DNA of 64,000 bases, from contig CM022665.1 of assembly GCA_012295275.1 (NCBI GenBank), positions 48,794,001 to 48,858,000 of the forward strand, read 5' to 3'. Positions within the stretch are counted from its first letter, which is position 1; each line of letters starts with the position of its first letter. Under the pieces are notes generated by a model. That model searched no databases. It saw only the letters and a program-made list of their open reading frames with translations, and was not told the DNA's origin. The position numbers were made by a program, and so were the translations under genes. The stretch is from Chrysomallon squamiferum. Its lineage: Eukaryota > Animalia > Mollusca. Shown here one piece after another: positions 1 through 10,742 of this stretch.

Positions 1-228
1 AAGAGTTAGGGACATTTCACCAGCATACCCTGTGAAAAACCTCCATTATATCACATCCACACACTCGCCCACATCTACAAACACGTTCAATTTTATATCA
101 CAGCGTGGTTGGCTGGAAAACGGCAATCCGATAAAAACAAAGAGTTAAGGACATTTCACCAGGATACCCTGTGAAAAACCTCCATTATATCACATCCACA
201 CACTCGCCCACATCTACAAACACGTTCA
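1..228 (+). repeat. Local duplication of the family's upstream (putative promoter) block
   Basis: 1-89 repeats at 140-228, and about 95-330 recurs near-identically at about 9229-9470 upstream of copy B. Confidence 0.85.
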
Positions 229-1469
229 CATTCAGCCGTCCACATAAACGTGTGGCCAGATTTCAACAGATGTTTCTATCTAAATTATTATAAGTATAAA
301 ATGAACCAATCAAAACACATTCTTATCTTCAACATTTCTCTGTGAATTAATTTGACAATTTTCGAAACTATAAAATAGAAAAGACAAGGTTCAGAGTTTT
401 ATTTCAAAATGAATTTCAACGTTTTCTTCTTCTGTTCGTGGTTGGCAGCATTTCCAAACAAAAGAGAGGTGACTAAATTTTTAAAATTATTATTATTATT
501 ATTATTGTTTCATTAGTTATTTTATTTTATTTTATTTTTGTATTTATTCTAAAATTAACATACACGCACGCAATCACACACATTTGGTGCTACTGTAATG
601 AATAGTATTTACTTATGTTCACAAATAAATTTGGTGAGTAAAGTTACTAGTTTTTTTCATAAGTTTACTTTTTTTTTCTTTAATTATTTTATTTTATTTT
701 ATTTTTTTTTTTCCTGTTATTTTATGTCATTTTTATTTATTTATTTATTTAGTTAGTTAGTTAGTTAGTTGAATTTCTTTTATGAATTTGATCTGTAAAA
801 CTTTGCTTTGTATGAAATCAACTTTTTTAATTCTCGTGATTTGAACGAGTTATTAATATAAGCTCATCCGATGTGTTTTGAAATACAAATGCGCTAAAAT
901 GTAAATGTTGAAACAGATGGAAGCTGCGACACGTACACACAAGCAGTAAACTAATCTATGTGCTGCCAACTGTCGTCCTCAACGAGCACAGGACGTTGAC
1001 GAATGCAAGAATCATTGTACTCGCGATCCACAGTGCTTGGTAGGAAACTACTTGCGAGTGTTTTCTGTGGACAAGCTACAGCCGTTAAAACATTCAGTCG
1101 CATGAAACTCTGTCCTCAGGGTAAGTGTTCACAGTACTGTGATTTCAGACATGATGTAGTGTTTATATCCAGGAAGCTTATGCTTTAGTGTCTACCCACC
1201 GATTTCTGTCTGTCTGTCCACCGCTCCGTCTGTCTGTCTATCTCTATCTGCCTATCTATCTATCCATCTATCTATCTATATCTATCTATCTGTTTGTCTA
1301 TCTCTCGATCTCTAAACATATTTTACTTATATTAATGGAGCAAAAATTCTATTAAAATTCTTTATATTTCTAAACCGTCATTTTATTAGTTCGGCCGACT
1401 TTTCATCAATAAACGAAGCAATAAAATGATACAATATTTACACTAGGATATTACTGTATCTTATTATAA

Positions 1470-1504
<35 letters not shown>

Positions 1505-2469
1505 AAAAACTAGTATAACAGTGTATGTTAGTTAAAACAACGTGTACACAGATTAGTATATCATTGTACACTTTTTAAAACCAACACTGTATATAACGGA
1601 ATGGAACGTATATGATTTGTTATGGTATTTGTCACAGATAATATATGTGGTCTCTTCTGCATGAATGGTGGGACTGTTAGTGACGACTGTTCTACTTGTA
1701 GCTGTGTCAAACCTTGGTCAGGACCTTTCTGTTGTAAGTAACATTTACGTGACGTGTGATTACCTGACTATTACATTTCTAATCTTGAGTAATATTTTGA
1801 TTGTTATTACAGTTCTAGTTTAGGAATAATGTTATTGTTATTTTCAATCTCAGCAGTATTATCCACAGTCTGAGAGTATTTTTGACTAACGTTTTCATGT
1901 AATGACTCTCTAATTGTTATTCGCGAATGCTGACATTTCAATAACGTTACAGATCTGATTTACTCGAGTTTTGTAGATGTGATTTTATCCAGGTTATAAT
2001 TTCGATTTCAGTTATTCTTTAGTTATTGCTATGACTAATTAATTAAATATAGATAATGATATTACGTTTTCTGTGTACATTAGACACTTTTCGTTCATTA
2101 AACATGATCCACGTATGAAACTTAATCTTCTCCTAGAAGTTACACATATCCACACCCTGAAATTATCAACGGGTTTGTTTTCAAGAACTTTTCTCCTGAG
2201 TTAAAGAAGAAAATGCGGGTTTAGACTGATACACGAATACTGATATATTTTGCAGAAAAATGTAACATCTCGTGTCATAATGGTGGAAAGAAACATGGTG
2301 CACCTTTATTTTGTTGTGAGTAAAGTTTTTAAGTAATACGATAAAGAAAACAATCAGTGAGATTTGAACACTATAGTTGAGAAACACTTCAATACGTCCA
2401 TTCCATTTAGAAAGCCTTGTAGTTACACACCATTTAATTTAAGACAATCTAGCTACAACATTTTATAGC

Positions 2470-2900
2470 CATACTGAATACAATATCATTACAATATTTA
2501 ATAACTACACTTGACATAGGATAACTACTCTTCATAATTACAGCCATCATAATAACACTGTACTTGTAAATATACTGAACACAGCATAACGTCAATGTTC
2601 TACCAGTACACTACATACAATATAACTACAAACAATGAACACAGTATAATCACATTTCACAGCTAAAACCATATCAATTACATTGTTGCTGCAATCACTG
2701 AACAAAATATTTATACAGTATTTTATGAAAACACTGAACACAATATAACTACAATGTTTTGTAACTACATGTACACAATATAACTACCATGTTTTATAAT
2801 TACACTGACCACAATATGACTAAAATAATTTATAACTACAGTGAACAGAATATAACTATAATGTTTTATAACTGGAATGAACACAAAATAACTAAAGTAT
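2470..2900 (+). repeat. Degenerate tandem repeat of about 36 bp (ACACTGAACACAATATAACTACAATGTTTTATAACT-like)
   Basis: Visible periodicity; the same repeat occurs inverted at about 24915-25110 in the equivalent intron of copy C. Confidence 0.65.
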
Positions 2901-3079
2901 ACTGTGCCAAATAAGTTTAGCAGTCACGTACACGATATGAAACACAGACAACATCATTGGATATTGAATTTATTTGTACACAGTATTCCACTGATAGAGC
3001 ATTTTTCAATGTAGCCAGCAGTAACACGTTGTCACCGTGTCAACGTCGTTGCTTTGATGTCAACTGATGAAACGGATAT

Positions 3080-3480
3080 TAAGAATATGAGGATGCTTTT
3101 CGCGTACCTACCATTCGCAAACTGAACACAAAGTGAATAGTGTCTGATCCTATTGTCAGCGTCGCCAGTGTTGGTGTATCCTGGCCCGTCTCAGACGTTC
3201 CTGAACGTGACGCGCTGTCAGAGGAACAGCTACAACAGGGCGACGTGCTTGTAATCCAGCATCAGGGAGACGGTTACGGACAGTTTGAGAGGACAGTTTT
3301 TTCCTTTTCTTTTTGGATAATGTTGGCTCACTCCATCAAAATGTGATTTCAGTACATCCTGTATTGCACGCGCTTCTTCGACATGCTTTCGGATATTATG
3401 TACTCTTTTTAATAACGTACTTATTATAGCAGATAATTGCGCTACGTTCGAAGACTGACGGGTCAGTAACCAGCCTAGTA
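3080..3480 (-). mobile_element. Degenerate Tc1/mariner (Tc1-like) transposase fragment in intron 3 of copy A
   Basis: A minus-strand frame not in the ORF track reads QTVRNRLPDAGLQARRPVVAVPLTARHVQERLRRARIHQHWRR*Q*DQTLFT. This matches the Tc1 pattern 'TVRNRL..GL.ARRP...P.LT..H...RL.WA..H..W....W..VLF'. It contains stops, and no TIRs were found. Confidence 0.75.
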
Positions 3481-5589
3481 AATAATATATGTACATGCAT
3501 TACACGTTTTAGTAAAATGTAGTTTAAACGTTTTAAACTGCTTTATATTATGAGTTCGAGGACTTATTTACATTTAGAAGAGAAAAATGCCACTTGTGAA
3601 ATTGTTTCCAGACAGTACTATTTTGTTATCATAGTTTGTTATTTGCTAGGATCTATTACAAAAAAGACTTATTATAGTTACTACGAGGAAAAAACACATT
3701 ACACACACTATAGATTCTACTAGTATATGTTGTAAAGTTAGAAACTATTTGCACACATTCTAATAAGAAATAAGAATTTGTCTTTATATTTATTACAGCC
3801 AATGACGGAAATTCAGACGGTTGTACCTGTTCTTTTTCTGGTAACTGGACGGGACTTGAATGTGGTAAATACAATATAAAATGTTTATAATATTTATTTC
3901 TTTACATAAAATGCTGAACTCATAGTCTTTTGAACTGTTAAACGTTAGGATATATCTTATAATGCTCTGCTGTTAAAACAAATCCTCAGTATCACTTAAG
4001 CTGTTTACTTTTATAACAAATCTAACTATTTTACTTACTATCACAATATCTTCTTACATTTATGACACTGTCAGGATCTCTTTACATGAAATATGTGACT
4101 CTTGTGTATCTGAAAAATAATATACTCATAAATCCATATAAAATAAATATTTCAAAATGCATAAAATATAAATAAATTGATAATATGCATCAAATATAAA
4201 GGACAATATTATTCATTTATCTGTTTATCTCTGTGTCTGTCGTTATTAATGTTTTTTTATTCGTACATTTTAGTTCAGCCATTACTCCATTAAATATGGA
4301 AAAAGAAAATCTTGCTTTTCTGACCAAAAACGAATATTTATTTCGTTTTATATAAATCGATGATCTTGATCCCAAACCTGAGAATGTTACTCATAACTAC
4401 ATGAGTCACTCAAGATTATTTTGTTTAAACTATTTTATTTTACACGCATAGATTTATAAAATAACGTATTAGCAGCTAACTGAATTTTGCACAAGAAATC
4501 TTCGTTTGATTCTCATAGCTTTCTGTTATTATTAATATTGAAGACAACTAACTAAAATTGACAAACATCCACAGTCTGAATACAGACATTTTAAAGATTT
4601 TTTTTGAACAAAGTCAACCTTAATCACAGTAAACTCATTTCAAGAGATTGTTTATCGAACTTGCTGGAACTATTCAATAATCTATTATTTTTATAAATAT
4701 CATAACACAGGTAGGTTTACTGAATTAAATATTAATAACGTGTGATTATTCTTAATCAATAAGAGTTGTCTTTCTTCATTTTTTTTTTCAAAATAAATTT
4801 TAATACTGTTAGTGAGAGTGCTCTCCCCTGAACACTGCTCTTAGTTTATATCCGTGGCCATATTAATATATTAAATTTAAATATCTGTTTTTGATTTTTT
4901 GATTTTATTTATAAATCGTCAGACCCTGCAGTTACTGAAAATATCAACTTTAACTTAAAATAATACAGAATTTATTATCATACTTTGTATTGTTTCTTTA
5001 TGTTTAACATCTTTCTAAAAATATACGAATGTCATATATTAATATTTTAGATTGGCGTTTGATAAAACATGTCTAAATCAAATATTTTGATTTCCAACGA
5101 GAACACATTGAAATGAAGGAATCTGTGGTTTAAGATTATGTAAAAAAAAATATTAAAATTGAAGTAAAAATAAAAATAAAATAAAATGTAAGACATTTAA
5201 TAAAAACAGCAACAACAACATAATTTAAAGGCATTTTACAATAAGTATTAATGCCAATAATAAAATGGTAGTTCCAGAGATTATTATACCTATTTAGCAG
5301 TGCAAACACACACAAACACACACTGATATGTTAGTTTTCTCCGAAGATCAATGACACAGAATATAAACAATATAAAAGCTGATATACTGCTTTCCTTTGG
5401 TTACAATTTCTATTTTAAGAAATATTAATATTTTAAGGATGTAATTTCTATGAATAGGTTTCAGGAATCGGTTATTTTTGAAAGCTAAGAAAATTTAAAC
5501 TAGACCATGCATTAACAACTAAACCTATTTCAAACAGGTTCCAACTTTCGGCATCACGTGACATCACGTGACAACTTCTGCAGAAAAGG

Positions 5590-5780
5590 AAGAACCGTGG
5601 GACATTATGTCATATAAGTAATGCTGAGTTGTCGGGTTTCCGTTAACTGGTGTGCCCTTCTGCCCTCCTGATCCAATCCCGTACTTTGAATCCCTCCACA
5701 CACCATGACACTCCCTCCGCCGTATGGCACGCCTTCCTGAAACCAAGGAGCCTGCGTTCTTTCTCTTGAGGAGCAATAAA
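5590..5780 (-). mobile_element. Degenerate Tc1-like transposase catalytic-domain fragment
   Basis: YGGGSVMVCGGI (Tc1 GGGSVMVWGGI motif) is followed, after a frameshift, by VNGNPTTQHYLYDIM (Tc1 'GNL.A..Y..IL'). Confidence 0.7.
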
Positions 5781-6049
5781 AAACCTGCCTAGGCCGGGTA
5801 TAATTTTCTTCATACAAAATTGCTGAGTTCCACATATGTTGTTTACTGAAATCGTTTATTGATACTGTGATAGGATAGCTGGATAAACTGTAAGCTATAC
5901 ACAGATTGTCTTTTCTTTACTACTAACGTGTTCGCTATTTTCTTCGCACGATTGATATATACATATATTTTTATTATTATTAATTTTTTTACTCAATTAA
6001 CTGAAGTTGAAATTCTTTTCAAAATGTCAGTGTGTTTTGTTTCATATTG

Positions 6050-8100
6050 TTCTGGCCTAAACTATAATACAAACAGAAAAAAAAATAATTTTAAATGAAT
6101 AAGTGTCATCTGGAATTCAGAAAATGAGAAGTCCATCTGTAGCTTTATTTTAATTTTGTTTCACATCAGGTAGCAGATGATAACATCGTATTAGTACTAG
6201 ATTCATACTTGATGACACTACCGTTTTATTTTTTATTTTATTTTATTATTTTATTTCACTATTTCGTTATTAAATACTTTGGAACTGAAATGATATTTTA
6301 GAAATGTGAAAAAATTCCATGTTGAGACTTACTGGTTAGGTCAACATGCGAGTATTTAGAAGTCAGAACTGGAAATATATTTTCAAACGATGAAACAAAA
6401 TCAATATTTAAAAATTTTGTTCAGATAAGTCGAAGGATCTTAAAACATTTAACTATTTATTAATGATTCAGAATATATTTTGTTTTAAGTGTACAAGAAT
6501 GCATTTTATAGTAACCTAATTTATCAGTTTTGACAGAAGATAATTTATGCTTGCTTAAACCGTGCTAGTGTATGAGTCAACATTTCTGTGAAAAAGTAAA
6601 TGGCATCAGCTCAAATACACTTAACATTTCAACTTTTAACACAAAGATGTTTTTGACTTCCCTGAGTACCCTGTATTATTTATACTTCAATAATAAACAG
6701 TTTAAAACTGCTGAAAGTTGTTTTTTTCAGACAGGTGTTTTTAATTACAGTGTGTAGACTGTATTATTTATACTTCAATAATAAACAAGAATATAAAACT
6801 GCTGAAAGCTGTAGGTTACTAGCAGGTGATTTATGAGTATTTGAATGTGTGTTGTGAATCGTTTGTGACTTCTTTATTGAATCTGTTCATTGTTGCTGTC
6901 ACAACATCTGTGAATAAACAGTACGCTGTAAACAGTTTTATTTTTACATTTTTTATACTTACAAGTTTGTTACTTTATTTACAGAATAGCTTTCCTTATT
7001 CATTTTTGATGAAGTAATCGAAATTTAAATGAATATCTTCTGTTGTAAATGTTTGCAGTGTATTTTGAAAATTTCCAGATGACTGTTTTATTTATATTTG
7101 TGCGTGTAACCATAATAAAAAATGGTCAAATTAATGATTTAAGATATTTCGATTTTATTTAGACTTTGGAATCTGAAAAGCCAAGCTGTAAGTTTATTTA
7201 ATTCAGTATCACATCAGGTAGTGGATGATAACATCGTATTTGAACTAGATTCATACTTGATGACGGTCAACTAGATTTGTTTTATAAATCATTTTATTTT
7301 ATTTGAATATTTGATTTCTTTATTTTGTTTATTAAATACCGTCTTCTTCTTTTCTTCTTTTCTTGTTCTTCTTATTATTATTATTTCATTGCTAATATTT
7401 GCAGACTAACTGCAGTTACGTATGGATGATATGTACTAGTGATGTGTATGTACTAAACAATTGTAAATTATCTACAGTTTAATGATATCACATCTAGAAC
7501 TACTGAAGTTTGTTTGTTACTGGGAGGTGTTTTATTGATATCTCAAAGTGCGTTGTGAACCGTTTGTCACTTGTTTACTGAAAGTGCTCTTTGTTGCCGT
7601 CACAGCGTTTCTGAATAAACTGTAAACTGTACAGACTTTTCTCTGTATCACATCAGGTAGTAGATAAAAACATCGTATTTGTACGTGACCCGTGTTTATA
7701 CTGACCTACCTTTCTTCATGCACTAATCATTTGTTTAATAGTAACGAAACATTTTTTTTTGTTTTTGTTTTTTTTTGTTCATGAATTAACTGAAATTTAA
7801 ATGTACATCTGCTGTTTATAGTATTTTGGGTTAATTTCCAAGTGAGTGTTTTATTTTGTACTCGCCATATGTTTGAAACAAACTGGACAAATCAATAATT
7901 TTAGTGAAATTGATGTTATCTGGATTTCAAAAATTAATAAGCCAACTTGTAGCTTTATTTCAATTTGTACCACGCCAGCTAGCAGATGAGAAAATTGATG
8001 TTATCTGGATTTCAGAAATGAATAAGCCAAGTTTTAGCTTTATTTAATTTTGTATCACATCAGGTAGTAGATGGTATCATCGACTTTGTACTGGAATTAT
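6050..8100 (+). repeat. Multi-copy upstream module (AGCTTTATTT...TCACATCAGGTAG.AGATGATAACATCG) in front of copy B
   Basis: Copies at about 6140, 7190, 7645, 7950 and 8035; also about 19480 (upstream of D) and inverted at about 29400-31750 (upstream of C). Confidence 0.7.
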
Positions 8101-8130
8101 GCCTTGTCTCACAGATTTTTGAAATTATTT

Positions 8131-8185
<55 letters not shown>

Positions 8186-8336
8186 TTTTTTATTTTTTTA
8201 TTTTATTTTATTTTATTTTATATTTTATTGATTGATTCTTTGATTGATTGATTTATTTCATTTCATTTCATTTCGTTTTCATTATTTGTTGTTCATCGTG
8301 ATATTATTCTTATTATCATTATTATTATTATTATTA

Positions 8337-8386
<50 letters not shown>

Positions 8387-8537
8387 TGTTCCTTTATGTT
8401 TCCGTGTTTATATCTGCCTAAAAATATTAATAATAATAACAATTAAAAACATTCGAAGTAGATGAAAGTTGTAAAACTTCAACGTCAGATAGAATACTAC
8501 CAAACACAGACAACGTGTGTGTGAGTGTGTGTGTGTG

Positions 8538-8587
<50 letters not shown>

Positions 8588-9005
8588 AAAACACAATAAT
8601 AAAAATAAATAAATAAAATACCTATTAGAAATAAAAGCACATCTTCAGTTTCATTGTAAGACAGGAGTTGCTAGTTAAAATCTTACCAAATAGCATCTAA
8701 TTATCTACATAATATATATCTGTCTACATAATATACTTGTCGTAATATATACCTGTTTACAAAATATACTTGTCAAAATATACTATGGTCTTTTATGGTC
8801 TCTTTACTTTGTATTAAATCAACTTTTTCAATTCTCGTGATTTGAACACGTTACTAATATAAACTACACAATATACATATACAGTGGTATACATGTGTAG
8901 CTGATTAAATGACACAAATAGCTACTTAATAACAAATTGATTATACTAAAAAAATCAAGTATATTATGCAAACAGAAAAACACATAATGTGGAGCATACA
9001 CAAAT

Positions 9006-9131
9006 AAACACACTCGTCTGTGTACACACATCAGTAACGTTAAACATGATAAACATCAAGCTCACTGAACACACTCGTCTGTGTACACACATCAGTAACG
9101 TTAAACATGATAAACATCAAGCTCACTGAAC
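9006..9131 (+). repeat. Perfect tandem duplication of about 62 bp
   Basis: AACACACTCGTCTGTGTACACACATCAGTAACGTTAAACATGATAAACATCAAGCTCACTG occurs twice. Confidence 0.9.
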
Positions 9132-9557
9132 AATTATAATCATGGATGATAAAGGTAAACTAAGTTGTATAAACTATTATTTTGAGGTAGCATTCGACAT
9201 TCTACAGCTTGTTGTATGATGATATTTGATATCACAGCGTGGTTGGCTGGAAAACGGCAGTCCGATAAAAACAAAGAGTCAGGGACATTTCACCAGCATA
9301 CCCTGTGAAAAACCTCCATTATATCACATCCACACACTCGCCCACATCTACAAACACGTTCACATTCAGCCGTCCACATAAACGTGTGGCCAGATTTCAA
9401 CAGATGTTTTTTTTTTTATCTAAATTATTATAAGTATAAAATGTACAAATCAAAACACATTCTTATCTTCAACATTGTGCCGGCTCTCTGCGAATTAATT
9501 TTACAATTTTCGAAACTATAAAACAAGAAACGAAAGGTTCAGAGTTTTTATTTCAAA

Positions 9558-9666
9558 ATGAATTTCAACGTCGTCTTCTTCTCTGTATGTCTTCAGTCCG
9601 TGGTTGTCAGCTTATCGAAAGAAACGAGGGGTGACTAAATTCTTTAAATTATTATTATCATTATTA

Positions 9667-9740
<74 letters not shown>

Positions 9741-9766
9741 TCATTGGTGCTTTTATTTTATTTGGT

Positions 9767-9807
<41 letters not shown>

Positions 9808-10675
9808 GCTAAAATTAATATACACACACCAGCGCACGCGCACACAGTTGGTGCTACTGTAATGAATAGTATTTACTTATTGAGTAAAGTTATTAGTTTT
9901 TTTCATAAGTTTACTTTCTTTAGGCAAATATCTTATTTATTTTATTTTTATTTATATTTATATTTATATTTCTTTATTTCTTTCTTTATTTGGTTATTTA
10001 TTTATTTATTTGAATTTCTTTTATGGTCTCTTTACTTTGTATTAAATCAACTTTTTCAATTCTCGTGATTTGAACACGTTACAGATGTAAGCTCAGTCGT
10101 TGTGTTTTGAATTACAAATGAGATAAAATGTACATATTGAAACAGGTGGAGGCTGTGACACGTACGCAGAAGGAGAAAACTATTTCATGTGTAGTTCTGG
10201 TTGTCGTAATATAGCTGTAAACAGCATTCAGGAATGCAAGGACATTTGTACTAGCGAGCCACAGTGCTTCATAGGAAACTACGTCGATGAAATCTGTTAT
10301 TTGTGTCCACAAAATGTAGCCGCTTTCAAACTGTTGAAGTTGAAATATTTCGCGAAATCCTGTATTCAGGGTAAGTGTTCACAATACTTTCATTTCAAAC
10401 ATAATGTACTGTCTATATACAGCAAATTTATGCTTTAGTGACTGCCCACCGATTTCTGTCTGTCTGTCCACCGCCCCGTCTCTCTGTCTGTCTATCTCTA
10501 CTTTCCTATCTACCCATCTATCTATCTATATATATATATATATCAATATAGCTATCGGTCAGTCTATCCCTCTATCTGCCACCGATATATATTTGTCTGT
10601 CAGTCTTTCTAAGTATCTATCTTTACCTGCCTATCTTTCCATCTATATATCGATATATCTGTATCTATCTATCTA

Positions 10676-10742
<67 letters not shown>

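Larger units (their letters stand above)
409..3864 (+). pseudogene. Copy A of the secreted PAN-EGF-ShK-like family; truncated pseudogene (exons 409-468, 917-1120, 1638-1733, 3799-3864)
   Basis: Exons are homologous to those of copies B and C. Exon 1 is 60 nt versus 73 nt in B/C (13-nt deletion, frameshift). Exon 2 has an in-frame TAA at 952-954 and internal frameshifts, although ECKNHCTRDPQC is still readable. Exon 3 is DNICGLFCMNGGTVSDDCSTCSCVKPWSGPFC. Exon 4 has lost a Cys (CTCSFSG). Exons 5-8 are absent. Confidence 0.8.

Noticed and set aside
3230-3496. 88-aa minus-strand ORF as an independent gene
   Set aside because: It overlaps a decayed Tc1-like transposase whose clearest motifs are in another frame.
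5554-5573. Tandem CACGTG E-boxes
   Set aside because: A small local duplication next to a transposon fragment, with no nearby TSS evidence.
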